NCBI RefSeq assembly: GCF_036388195.1
Contig: NZ_DASVSG010000121.1
Location: 35,292-99,291, forward strand
DNA from: Jatrophihabitans sp.
GTDB lineage: Bacteria; Actinomycetota; Actinomycetes; Mycobacteriales; Jatrophihabitantaceae
Length of the DNA: 64,000 bases
Reading direction: 5' to 3'
The notes under the pieces are model-generated. The model had not been told where the DNA came from and ran no database searches. It saw nothing but the letters and a program-made list of their open reading frames with translations. Both the position numbers and the translations under genes were made by a program. This document shows positions 55,106 to 64,000 of this stretch, one piece after another (position 1 is the first letter of the stretch; each line of letters opens with the position of its first letter).

Positions 55106-57067
55106 ATGACCAGCATTCGATCAGCTAGCCGGCTCGACTCCGATAGCCGGCTCGCCGGCATCCGCACCCGACGGGGAGCGACCGCCGCCGTCCTCGGTGG
55201 AGTGCTGGCCTTCGGGGCGCTGGCCGCCGTGGTCCCCGCGCCGGCCGCCGCCTCCTGGCCCAACGGCATGGTCGGGATCACCGGCCACGGGTACGGCCAC
55301 GGCCGCGGGATGGGCCAGTACGGCGCCTTCGGCTACGCCACCAACTACGGCTGGACCTACACCCAGATCGTGTCCCACTACTACGGCGGCACCACCCTGG
55401 CCACCCGCAGCTTCAACGCCCTGAGCGTCGACCTGACCGCCTACAGCGGCCAGAACCAGGTGGTCGTCACCTCGGGCAGCCCGTTCACCGCCGGCGGGGT
55501 CGCGATCCCGGGCGGCAGCGCGGCGCTGGTGCGCTACGTCTCGGCCGGCTCCTACCAGCTGTTCACCAGCGCCGGGTGCGGCAAGCCGTGGTCGGCGGCC
55601 AAGCCGGTGACCTCCGGCGCGATCAAGTCGTCGGTGACCCCGGGCGCGCTGTCGACCATGCTGAGCATCTGCTCGGGCTCCACCCGCACCACCTACCGGG
55701 GCGCGTTGTCGCTGGTCTACGGCGGCGGCATGACCCGGGTGGTGAACTGGGTCGGCATGGAGGACTATCTGCGCGGCGTCGTCCCGCGGGAGTCCCCGGC
55801 GTCCTGGGGGGACGCAGCCGGCGGCAAGGGGATGGCCGCGTTGCAGGCCCAGGCGATCGCAGCCCGGTCCTACGCGGCGGCCCAGAACCGGTACAGCTGG
55901 GCCAAGACCTGTGACACCCAGACCTGCCAGGTCTACGGCGGGGTCGGCCTGAACGGCGTCGTCACCGAGGACTCCCGCACCAACACCGCCATCAGCACCA
56001 CGGCCGGCAAGGTGATCGTCAACTCCTCGGGGACGATCATGTCCGCCGAGTTCAGCTCCTCGACCGGTGGCTGGACCGCAGGTGGCACCTTCCCGGCGGT
56101 GCAGGACCTCGGTGACACCGCCTCGCCCAACCACAACTGGAGCACCTCGATCCCGGCCAGCACGATCTCGTCGGCCTTCGGGGTCGGCACCCTGCAGTCG
56201 ATCACCACCACCGGCAACCGCCTCGGCGCCGACGGCGGCCGGGTGCTCACTGCCGAGATCAAGGGCAGCAGCCGCACCGTCACCGTCACCGGCAACCAGT
56301 TCCGCAGCGCCCTCGGCCTGAAGTCGGACTGGTTCGTGGTGGCCAAGCCGATCACCGCGCCGACCCTGCACCTGACCAACTCCCTGACCACCCCCACCAC
56401 CGCGGTCGTGAGCGGCTTCGGCATCAAGGGCGACCAGCCGGTCTCCTGTGACTTCAACGGCGACGGCTACGACACCGTCGGGGTGTTGCGCTCGAGCACC
56501 GCCACCTTCTACCACCGCAATTCCTTCGCCGCCGGCTCTACGGTGTACCAGGTGCGGCTGGGTCATCCGGGTGACAAGCCGGTGTGCGGTGACTGGGACG
56601 GCAACGGCACCGACACCATCGGCGTCTACCGTCCCTCGAACGCGACGTTCTACCTGTTCAATACCAACACCCCACCGCCGACCACCCCGGCGATCCAGGT
56701 GGTGCTCGGCGGGTCGGGCATGCACCCGCTGGCCGGTGACTGGAACGGCAACCGGACCGCCACTCCCGGTGTCTATGACCCCAAGACCGCGACGTTCTAC
56801 CTGGTGAACTCGCTCGCGGCGGGCGCGCCGAAGCTGCGGTACGTCTTCGGTCCGGTGATGACCGGAACCAAGCCGGTGGCCGGCGACTGGGACGGCAACG
56901 GCTCGGACAGCTACGGGGTCTACCAGGTCGCCCGGTTCGCGCTGGCGAACACCCTGGGCGGGCCGGTGTCGGTGTACACCCGGTTCGGCAGCGTGGGTGA
57001 CCGGCCGATCGCCGGTGACTGGAACCACGACGGCAAGGACACCGTGGGAATCGGGCGCGATTACTGA
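55106..57067 (+). CDS. SpoIID/LytB-domain cell-wall protein with C-terminal GDWDGNG repeats
   Basis: GYGHGRGMGQYGA, YLRGVVPRE, QAIAARSY, CQVY; five GDxxGxG.D.xG repeats. Confidence 0.9.
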   Translation: MTSIRSASRLDSDSRLAGIRTRRGATAAVLGGVLAFGALAAVVPAPAAASWPNGMVGITGHGYGHGRGMGQYGAFGYATNYGWTYTQIVSHYYGGTTLATRSFNALSVDLTAYSGQNQVVVTSGSPFTAGGVAIPGGSAALVRYVSAGSYQLFTSAGCGKPWSAAKPVTSGAIKSSVTPGALSTMLSICSGSTRTTYRGALSLVYGGGMTRVVNWVGMEDYLRGVVPRESPASWGDAAGGKGMAALQAQAIAARSYAAAQNRYSWAKTCDTQTCQVYGGVGLNGVVTEDSRTNTAISTTAGKVIVNSSGTIMSAEFSSSTGGWTAGGTFPAVQDLGDTASPNHNWSTSIPASTISSAFGVGTLQSITTTGNRLGADGGRVLTAEIKGSSRTVTVTGNQFRSALGLKSDWFVVAKPITAPTLHLTNSLTTPTTAVVSGFGIKGDQPVSCDFNGDGYDTVGVLRSSTATFYHRNSFAAGSTVYQVRLGHPGDKPVCGDWDGNGTDTIGVYRPSNATFYLFNTNTPPPTTPAIQVVLGGSGMHPLAGDWNGNRTATPGVYDPKTATFYLVNSLAAGAPKLRYVFGPVMTGTKPVAGDWDGNGSDSYGVYQVARFALANTLGGPVSVYTRFGSVGDRPIAGDWNHDGKDTVGIGRDY

Positions 57068-57168
57068 TGTTCTCAGCACCCGGCCGCGGGTAACCTCTCC
57101 TCGGGCTTCGCGGCGCGGGGGACAGCGGCCAGCCAGCCCGGCTGCTCCGACCCGAGGAGGGTGTCCGC

Positions 57169-58155
<987 letters not shown>

Positions 58156-58163
58156 GGCTGGGC

Positions 58164-58862
58164 TCAGCCGGCCTGAGGCTCCAGCCTGATCTCGGTCGGG
58201 CAGCCCCGGTCGGGAAAGGTCACCACGAACCGGACCGCCGCCGCGATGTCGCCCGGCTGCAGGAGCCGCTCGGGATCGGCCTGGCCCTGCGGTGACCGCA
58301 GGCCCGCGCCGGCCGCGACCAGGCCAGGCGCGATCAGGCTCACCTTGACCCCGCGGTCGCGCACGTCCAGCCAGACCGCTCCGGCGAGCCCGGCCAGCCC
58401 GTGCTTGCTGGCCACGTAGGCGGCGTTGTGCTGGAACGGCTGCCGGGACGCGGCCGAGCCGAGGTAGATCAGCGAGCTGGGGGAGCCGGCCAGCAAACCC
58501 GGCAGCAGCAGCCGGGTCGCCGCCGCTGCGGCTGCGAGGTTGACGTCGAGGAGCCGGTCCCAGGTGTCCGGCTCGGCCACGTCGGCGTCGGCCCAGTCGA
58601 AGAGGCCGGCGGCCCACACCACCGCACCCAGCCGGGGCCCGGCCAGCGCCTGCTCGGCCGCCGCCCGCAGCGCCGCCCGATCGCTGACGTCGACGACGGC
58701 GCTGGTGGCCCGGCCACCGGCGGCGCGGATGGAGCCGACCGCGGCGTCCAGCCGGGGGACGTCGCGGCCCCACAGCCGGACCTCGAAACCGAGAGCGGCC
58801 AGCTCCCGCCCGATCGCGGCGCCGATCTCGCTCGATCCACCGACCACCAGCGCGCCGGTCAC
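58164..58862 (-). CDS. SDR oxidoreductase
   Basis: GGSSEIG, YVASK, PG.V. Confidence 0.85.
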   Translation of the reverse strand: MTGALVVGGSSEIGAAIGRELAALGFEVRLWGRDVPRLDAAVGSIRAAGGRATSAVVDVSDRAALRAAAEQALAGPRLGAVVWAAGLFDWADADVAEPDTWDRLLDVNLAAAAAATRLLLPGLLAGSPSSLIYLGSAASRQPFQHNAAYVASKHGLAGLAGAVWLDVRDRGVKVSLIAPGLVAAGAGLRSPQGQADPERLLQPGDIAAAVRFVVTFPDRGCPTEIRLEPQAG

Positions 58863-58883
58863 GAGCTGATCCTCCCGGGGGGC

Positions 58884-58997
58884 TCAGCTGGGGGAGCCGG
58901 CCTGGGGCTCCTCGTCCTCGTCCGGCTGCTCGGTGGGCTCGGCGGTGGGCTGCCCGATCTCGTCGTTCGGGGTGGTGTGGCCGTCGGGTTCTGACAT
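58884..58997 (-). CDS. 37-aa acidic peptide
   Basis: AAGGA RBS; MSEPDGHTTPNDEIGQPTAEPTEQPDEDEEPQAGSPS*; below the ORF-track cutoff. Confidence 0.35.
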   Translation of the reverse strand: MSEPDGHTTPNDEIGQPTAEPTEQPDEDEEPQAGSPS

Positions 58998-59185
58998 CAG
59001 GAGCGGTCCTTCGTGCGTGATGATCCCAGCGGTGACTGCTCACCCGAGCGGGCCGACGCGTCGACCTGCCCCTTCACCCTAGCCAGCGATGGGTTCGGCA
59101 CCACTTTCGGTGCCGCCCGGCCTGACGGGCTCGGCAGGGACGGCCGTTATTGGATGCAGAACCTGGAACGAACTGACCGAGCGGA

Positions 59186-59407
59186 TCAGCGCCTCGCTCG
59201 GGCGCGTGCTGCCAGCTCGGCTCGACGGGCCAGCGCCGCGGCCTTCACTTCTCTCAGGCCCCGGGCGTCGCCCTCCGGGCTCACCATGAGGTCTGGATCA
59301 GCAGGAAACAACGCCTCGATGTCTTCAGGCAGCAGCAATTCCCGCGGCGCTTCCTCGGGCGCGGCGATCTCCGGCTGTGCGCTACTCATCACGAGGTCCC
59401 CTGTCAT
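59186..59407 (-). CDS. small hypothetical protein
   Basis: ATGA overlap with the upstream membrane gene. Confidence 0.45.
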   Translation of the reverse strand: MTGDLVMSSAQPEIAAPEEAPRELLLPEDIEALFPADPDLMVSPEGDARGLREVKAAALARRAELAARARARR

Positions 59408-59871
59408 CCGGCAGCCCTGAGGATACCGCTCATCAGGATCGCGACGGCGGATCCCAGCAAGAGCGCAGAGGCATACCGCAGCCGAATGGCCTTGGTGACC
59501 AGGCGCGCCTCATTCTTCGCGTGCAGCACGACCCGGGTGTTGAGGACGATCAAGCGCGTCCGCACCGGATCCATGGAGAGGTGCCGGTCGCGTAGTTCCT
59601 TGGGGCCGATCACCTTGTCGACACGGGGAAGGATCACCCACACTGCCGCGCCACCCGCGGCTATGGCCAGAGCCTGCCCCACGATGGCTGCGATGCTCGC
59701 AGTCGTCCCCACCAGCGCCACTATGACGCCAGCAGCACTCAGGATCAGCCCGGCTTTGGTGTCCAGGCTGTTGCCTCGATCGCGGTAGGAACCGTCTTCA
59801 CGCTCCAGAACAGACTCGATGACGCTGAGCGATGGAACCTGCGATTCGGCCACGGACTGCATCGGCTGCAT
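59404..59871 (-). CDS. membrane protein with Pycsar-effector-like pattern
   Basis: LDTKAGLIL-TM-TM-LPR...K...LRYA-TM; GGGAG RBS. Confidence 0.6.
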   Translation of the reverse strand: MQPMQSVAESQVPSLSVIESVLEREDGSYRDRGNSLDTKAGLILSAAGVIVALVGTTASIAAIVGQALAIAAGGAAVWVILPRVDKVIGPKELRDRHLSMDPVRTRLIVLNTRVVLHAKNEARLVTKAIRLRYASALLLGSAVAILMSGILRAAG

Positions 59872-60021
59872 AGACGGCCACTCATCTCCCTCGACGCGCC
59901 GGTGGGTAGCGCTAATCGTCCTAGCCCGGTGATGGCGTGGGTGGCGTCATCGAAGGACCAGGGCAAACTACCAACTCCAGAGCGAGCCACGGGCGACGTG
60001 CGTCATCCCTGTGGATGACGC

Positions 60022-60336
60022 TCAGCTGACGGCCCAGTACTGGGTGGAGCCGTGGGTCGACTCCACCCACTCCTGGCCGCACAGGATGGACACCGCCCGT
60101 CCGGTGTTCGGATCCTCGGTGCGCACCACCTTCGTGCACCGGCGGACGAAGAGCTGGTCGGCCGGCCATTCGGTCAGCTGGCCGTTGAGCTCGAGCTTGC
60201 GGTTGGGATCGCGCCTGACCCGGTAGGCGGCCATCGGAACGGCGTTGCCTAGCGGGTGCAGGCCCGGGCGGGGCTGCCAGTGGCCGGCCGGGCAGTACCG
60301 GACCGCGCCGTAGGCGGGGAGGGGAGAGCTATCCAT
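60022..60336 (-). CDS. hypothetical Cys/His protein preceded by an SOS box
   Basis: GAGGT RBS; CPAGH...C...C. Confidence 0.6.
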   Translation of the reverse strand: MDSSPLPAYGAVRYCPAGHWQPRPGLHPLGNAVPMAAYRVRRDPNRKLELNGQLTEWPADQLFVRRCTKVVRTEDPNTGRAVSILCGQEWVESTHGSTQYWAVS

Positions 60337-60369
60337 CAGGGACCTCGTGGGGGCGACGGGTGAAGGGGG

Positions 60370-60385
60370 TCGAACATACGTTCGA
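60370..60385. promoter_or_regulatory. LexA (SOS) box
   Basis: TCGAAC-ATAC-GTTCGA, a perfect actinobacterial consensus; abuts minus-strand TATTAT -10 at 60385-60390. Confidence 0.85.
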
Positions 60386-60475
60386 TAATAGTTCGCGGGG
60401 CGGCGGCTAGACCAGAGCCATCTGCCCTCAATTGCACGGCGCATCACCAGGCCGGCAGATCGGTGTAGGGACACG

Positions 60476-61843
60476 TCATTGGCTCAGCTCCGCTCCGGCC
60501 TGCTGCGGGCGGTGGGCCTCCCGCCAGCGATTGCCCCCGGCGCAGGTGATGCAGCCAGGATCCGGACCGGCGACCTGGCGGGGGTCGACCTGGGTGCCCG
60601 GCCGGGACGGATCGCCGATCAGGTCGATGTCCAGCCACTGGGCGGGCGGCCGCGCGCCGGAGAGCCACGCGGCCAGCTCGGTCAGCGCGGCGTTGACGGT
60701 CAGGCCGTTGAGATAGACCACCGACGGGTTCTTGCTGCCGCTGCCGTACCCGTGCAGGCGGTCGAGCTCCCGCTGGTCGGCGGTCTTGGCCCACCGGGCG
60801 ATCTCCGCGGCGTCCAGCTCGCCGAGGCAGGTCAGGCACGGCCCGTGCGGCGCGGTGAGGATGACCCGGCCGCCCAGCGCGAACGGCTCGGTGGCGTCGT
60901 CGACGCCGGTCGCGATGTCGATATAGGGCGTCCTCGTCCGGACCGCGATCTGGTTGAGCCGGTTGCGCGGGCCGTCGTTGTCGACGCAGCCGATGATCAG
61001 GTCCACGTCGTCGAGCTCGGGATGCTCGCCGGTCACGGTGAGGCCGCCGGCGGTGGCCACGGCGCCCAGCGGGTCGATGGCGCGCATCCGCTTGCGGGTC
61101 ACTGCGGTCTTGGGCTGGCCGATGTCGGCATAGCCGGCGGTGACCATCCGGTTGAGGTTGGTGATCTCGACCAGGTCGTCGTCCATCAGCAGGACGTTGC
61201 GCAAGCCCAGGTACGCCAGCCCCTGGGCCAGGTGCGAGCCGACCCCGCCGACCCCGACGACGGCGACCCGCATGGTGGCGATCGCGGCCTGGGCCCGGGT
61301 GCCCAGCAGCGGCACCTGTCGCGCCAGGCGCTCCTCGGCGGTGGGGGTGGCGTTCAGCACCCGCAGCTGGTCGCCGAGCACGGTCAGCGTGCTGAACTGC
61401 CCGCGTTCGACCCGGCCGTGGCCGTTGAGCCGCCACCAGTCGGCGTGCACGGCGCCGTCGGCCCAGACGGCGGCTCCGTAGGGCCGGCCGCCGAGCAGCT
61501 TCAGGCAGTAGTCGACGGTCGGGGCCAGGGCGTCCTCGTCGAGGTGGGAGAACCCGGGCGGGCCGTGGTGGTGGTTGTGGAACTCGACGATGCCGTAGCC
61601 GGTTGCCAGCGCGTGGTTGTGGACGTGGTCGAGCACCTGGTCGCTGAGGTACCAGCCGTCGATGCCGCGGGTGGTGTCCAGCTCGTCGACCAGGAGGGTC
61701 TCCACGACCTCCAGCACCGGCCCGGCGGCGGTGTTGCTGATGGTGCGGGTGTAGGCGAAGGCGAAGCGCGCGCCGCTGACCTGGGCCAGGTGCCGCTCGA
61801 TGCCCTGCCAGTGATCGGAATCGGTGAACTTCAGGGTGCTCAC
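60476..61843 (-). CDS. JAB peptidase-E1 (ThiF) fusion
   Basis: EFHNH...FSHLD JAB motif; VVGVGGVG, DDD.VE.TNLNR, GCVDN..R, CLTC and CITC. Confidence 0.9.
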   Translation of the reverse strand: MSTLKFTDSDHWQGIERHLAQVSGARFAFAYTRTISNTAAGPVLEVVETLLVDELDTTRGIDGWYLSDQVLDHVHNHALATGYGIVEFHNHHHGPPGFSHLDEDALAPTVDYCLKLLGGRPYGAAVWADGAVHADWWRLNGHGRVERGQFSTLTVLGDQLRVLNATPTAEERLARQVPLLGTRAQAAIATMRVAVVGVGGVGSHLAQGLAYLGLRNVLLMDDDLVEITNLNRMVTAGYADIGQPKTAVTRKRMRAIDPLGAVATAGGLTVTGEHPELDDVDLIIGCVDNDGPRNRLNQIAVRTRTPYIDIATGVDDATEPFALGGRVILTAPHGPCLTCLGELDAAEIARWAKTADQRELDRLHGYGSGSKNPSVVYLNGLTVNAALTELAAWLSGARPPAQWLDIDLIGDPSRPGTQVDPRQVAGPDPGCITCAGGNRWREAHRPQQAGAELSQ

Positions 61844-61846
61844 GGA

Positions 61847-62254
61847 TCAGCTCACCTCCTCGAAGCGGCTGAGCGCCCCGGCGAGGTAGTCGGCCAGGTT
61901 GCTGCCCGCTTCCGGCTCGAGCCGGGGACGCCAGTCGGCGGGATCGACGTGGTAGGACAGCTGCAGCCAGGGCCTGCCCGCATGGGTCCGGACGCCCTGG
62001 TTGTTGCCGGGCAGGGCGCCGCTGGTCAGGGTCAGGTCCGGCCGGGCGCAGACGTTGTCCGGCTGGCCGGCGGGGTAGTTGGCCGGGATGGGGATCAGCA
62101 CCTCGGTGCGTCCGTGCGACCAGCCCGGCGGCAGCCGGTGGTCGATGAGGGTGAGGACGAGGGCTTCGGCATCGATCGTCGCGGTGGGGAACGCTCGGCG
62201 CAGCAACGCCTCCTCCCGCGCCAGGCGCTGCCACAGGTCAGCCGGTATCAGCAT
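61847..62254 (-). CDS. prokaryotic E2-like (E2 family E) conjugating protein
   Basis: LPPGW....EVLIPIPANYP..QPD...P.L...WLQLSYH...WRP...L..YL. Confidence 0.8.
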   Translation of the reverse strand: MLIPADLWQRLAREEALLRRAFPTATIDAEALVLTLIDHRLPPGWSHGRTEVLIPIPANYPAGQPDNVCARPDLTLTSGALPGNNQGVRTHAGRPWLQLSYHVDPADWRPRLEPEAGSNLADYLAGALSRFEEVS

Positions 62255-62256
62255 CC

Positions 62257-62547
62257 TCAGCCCCGCTTGAACCGGGGACGGCGCTTGAAGTGGGCCCCGG
62301 AGGTGAGGTTGACCGTCTCGGCCGCGGTGACGGTGACCCGGGACCCGTCGTTGAGCACCTGGATCAGCCCCTGCTGCGGGTAGATGCCGACGGTGAACAT
62401 GATCTGGGCGCCGGTGATGGTGGGCTGGTCGTACTCGTAGCTGGTGCCGTCGACGTCGTAGCCGAAGGCGGCGTGCGGGCGAAACGGGCCGCTCGACAGC
62501 TCGAGGTCAACGCTTCCAACGCCGCTGTCGAAGATCGAATGGGTCAT
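62257..62547 (-). CDS. ubiquitin-like protein (multi-ubiquitin-type beta-grasp), C-terminal Gly
   Basis: VDG..YE....ITGAQIM......L......V...ETVNL....F, ends RFKRG*; AGGAGG 6 nt before ATG 62547. Confidence 0.8.
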   Translation of the reverse strand: MTHSIFDSGVGSVDLELSSGPFRPHAAFGYDVDGTSYEYDQPTITGAQIMFTVGIYPQQGLIQVLNDGSRVTVTAAETVNLTSGAHFKRRPRFKRG

Positions 62548-62639
62548 CGTCATCCTCCTGATGGGCGCCCGTCTCGGGCTCTCACAGGTAGGTCGAACGA
62601 ATCAGTTGCTCTGCAACCCCGCGTGTCTAAACGGATTTG

Positions 62640-64000
62640 TCAGCGGGTCGTGGTATGCGCGTACGTCAGCGACACGGTGTCCGGCGCGGTCGCCTGCAGC
62701 CGGCGGGCGAGGCCCTCTTCGTACGTGGTGACCAGGATCTGGCCGATCGCTCCGGACTGGGCGGCGCGGACCAGGGTCTGGGCGACCGCGGCCCGCCGAG
62801 CCGGGTCGAGGTGCTCCAGCGGCTCGTCGAACCAGATCGTCGAGGCCCGGGTCGCCGACGCGGCGAGCAGCAGCCGGGTCACCAGCAGGGCGGTGGCCCG
62901 CTCGGCGCCGCTGAGGTCCTCCAGCAGCAGGTCCTGGCCGCCGTCGCTGAAGGTCAACTGCCCGGACGCGCCGAAGCGCAGCCCCTCCGAGCCGAACAGC
63001 AGCTTCCAGCGGTGGCTGATCTCGGTGGCGAGCGGGTTGATCCGCTGGGTCAGATAGCGGTCGGCCAGCGTGGTCATGCTGTTCTGGGCCACCTCGAGGA
63101 TCAGGTCCTCGCGGGCCGCCGCGGTCAGGGTGGCCTGGTCGGCGGCGGCGGTGTCGAGGTCGGCGAGCCGCTGCCGGGCGGCCCGGAGCTCGGCGGTGAT
63201 CGCGCCGTGCCGCTCGGCAAGCTCGACATCCCGGCGGCGGGCGTCGGCGAGCGCCGCGGTGGCGGACGGGCCGGGATCGGGATCGTCGGGCTCGGCCGGC
63301 GGCCGGAGCTTGGTCAGGGCGGTGGTGAACCGGGAGATCACGGCCAGCCGGGCGCGCAGCTGCCGGGCCTCCTCCCGGTGGCGCTGGACCTCGGTGTCGG
63401 TGTCGGCGCCCAGCTGGCCGTGCGCGGCCAGGGCGGCATCGCGCTCGTGCTCGCTCAGCGGGCGCAGGCAGGTCGGGCACTGATCCGCTGCGCCGGCCAG
63501 CAGCTGGGCGGCCGAGGCCGACTGGGCGATCCGGACCTCGGCCGCCGAGGCCGCGGCGGTGGTGTCGGCCAGCGCCGCGGACACCTCCTGCTGGGTCTCG
63601 TCGATCGCGGTGAGCAGGTCGCGGTCGCCGAAGTCGACGACGTCGGCCAGCTGGGTCGCCAGCGCGGTCGCCTTCGTGTTGTACGCGGCGGCCTCGGCGC
63701 GGTACTGCTCCCAGCGGGTGGCCAGCCGGGCCGCGGGCTCCAGGGTGGCGATCTCGTCGGCCAGCCGCTGCCGCTGCGCTGCCGTGGCGGCGAGCGCTGC
63801 CTCCAGATCTGCTGCCGCCTGCGTCGCGGCCGTGAACGCCTCGTCGGTGGCGTCGACGTCCGCGCGCAGCGACCGGATCTGGGTGGCCAGCGCCTGGCGG
63901 CGTTCGGCGAGCTCCGCCGCGGCGTTCAGCAGCGTCTGCACACCGAACACCTGCGCGAGGTGGTCCCGGATCGGGAAGGCGGTGGCCTTGCCGGCCGGTG
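62640..64000 (-). CDS. Rad50/SbcC-like coiled-coil ATPase (N-terminus outside the window)
   Basis: coiled coils flanking CPTC hook; LSGAE signature, IWFDEP Walker B, EHLD; frame stays open to the window edge. Confidence 0.88.
   Translation of the reverse strand, partial: PAGKATAFPIRDHLAQVFGVQTLLNAAAELAERRQALATQIRSLRADVDATDEAFTAATQAAADLEAALAATAAQRQRLADEIATLEPAARLATRWEQYRAEAAAYNTKATALATQLADVVDFGDRDLLTAIDETQQEVSAALADTTAAASAAEVRIAQSASAAQLLAGAADQCPTCLRPLSEHERDAALAAHGQLGADTDTEVQRHREEARQLRARLAVISRFTTALTKLRPPAEPDDPDPGPSATAALADARRRDVELAERHGAITAELRAARQRLADLDTAAADQATLTAAAREDLILEVAQNSMTTLADRYLTQRINPLATEISHRWKLLFGSEGLRFGASGQLTFSDGGQDLLLEDLSGAERATALLVTRLLLAASATRASTIWFDEPLEHLDPARRAAVAQTLVRAAQSGAIGQILVTTYEEGLARRLQATAPDTVSLTYAHTTTR

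Noticed and set aside
60476-61843. Thiamine/molybdopterin biosynthesis ThiF/MoeB
   Set aside because: It is fused to a JAB domain and in an operon with an E2 and a non-ThiS Ubl, with no cofactor-biosynthesis genes nearby.

Overview
High-GC actinobacterial chromosome segment; the genus cannot be fixed from sequence alone. The backbone is the conserved groEL1-whiB3-DUF5319-guaB-guaB3-guaA neighbourhood, followed by transport, CoA-metabolism and cell-envelope genes (prpE, scoAB, LCP, rfbD, SpoIID, gmd). Four accessory features stand out. (1) A 4.5-kb insert at the guaA 3' end is bounded by a 156-bp synonymous-only duplication of the guaA tail and carries a large secreted metzincin-like protein. 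(2) A DUF4157 protein has a C-terminal AID/APOBEC-like deaminase domain. (3) A 5.3-kb element (serine recombinase, HUH rolling-circle Rep, Xre, ABC-ATPase plus TOPRIM-like cargo) is integrated precisely in the HNH motif of a DUF222/13E12-type gene; its attB and attP can be reconstructed. (4) At the right edge is a ubiquitin-like conjugation operon (Ubl ending in Gly, E2, JAB-E1 fusion). It lies downstream of a Rad50/SbcC-like ATPase and upstream of a LexA-box-controlled small gene and a Pycsar-effector-like membrane protein. No rRNA, tRNA or CRISPR array was seen. All family calls come from motif recognition, not database searches.
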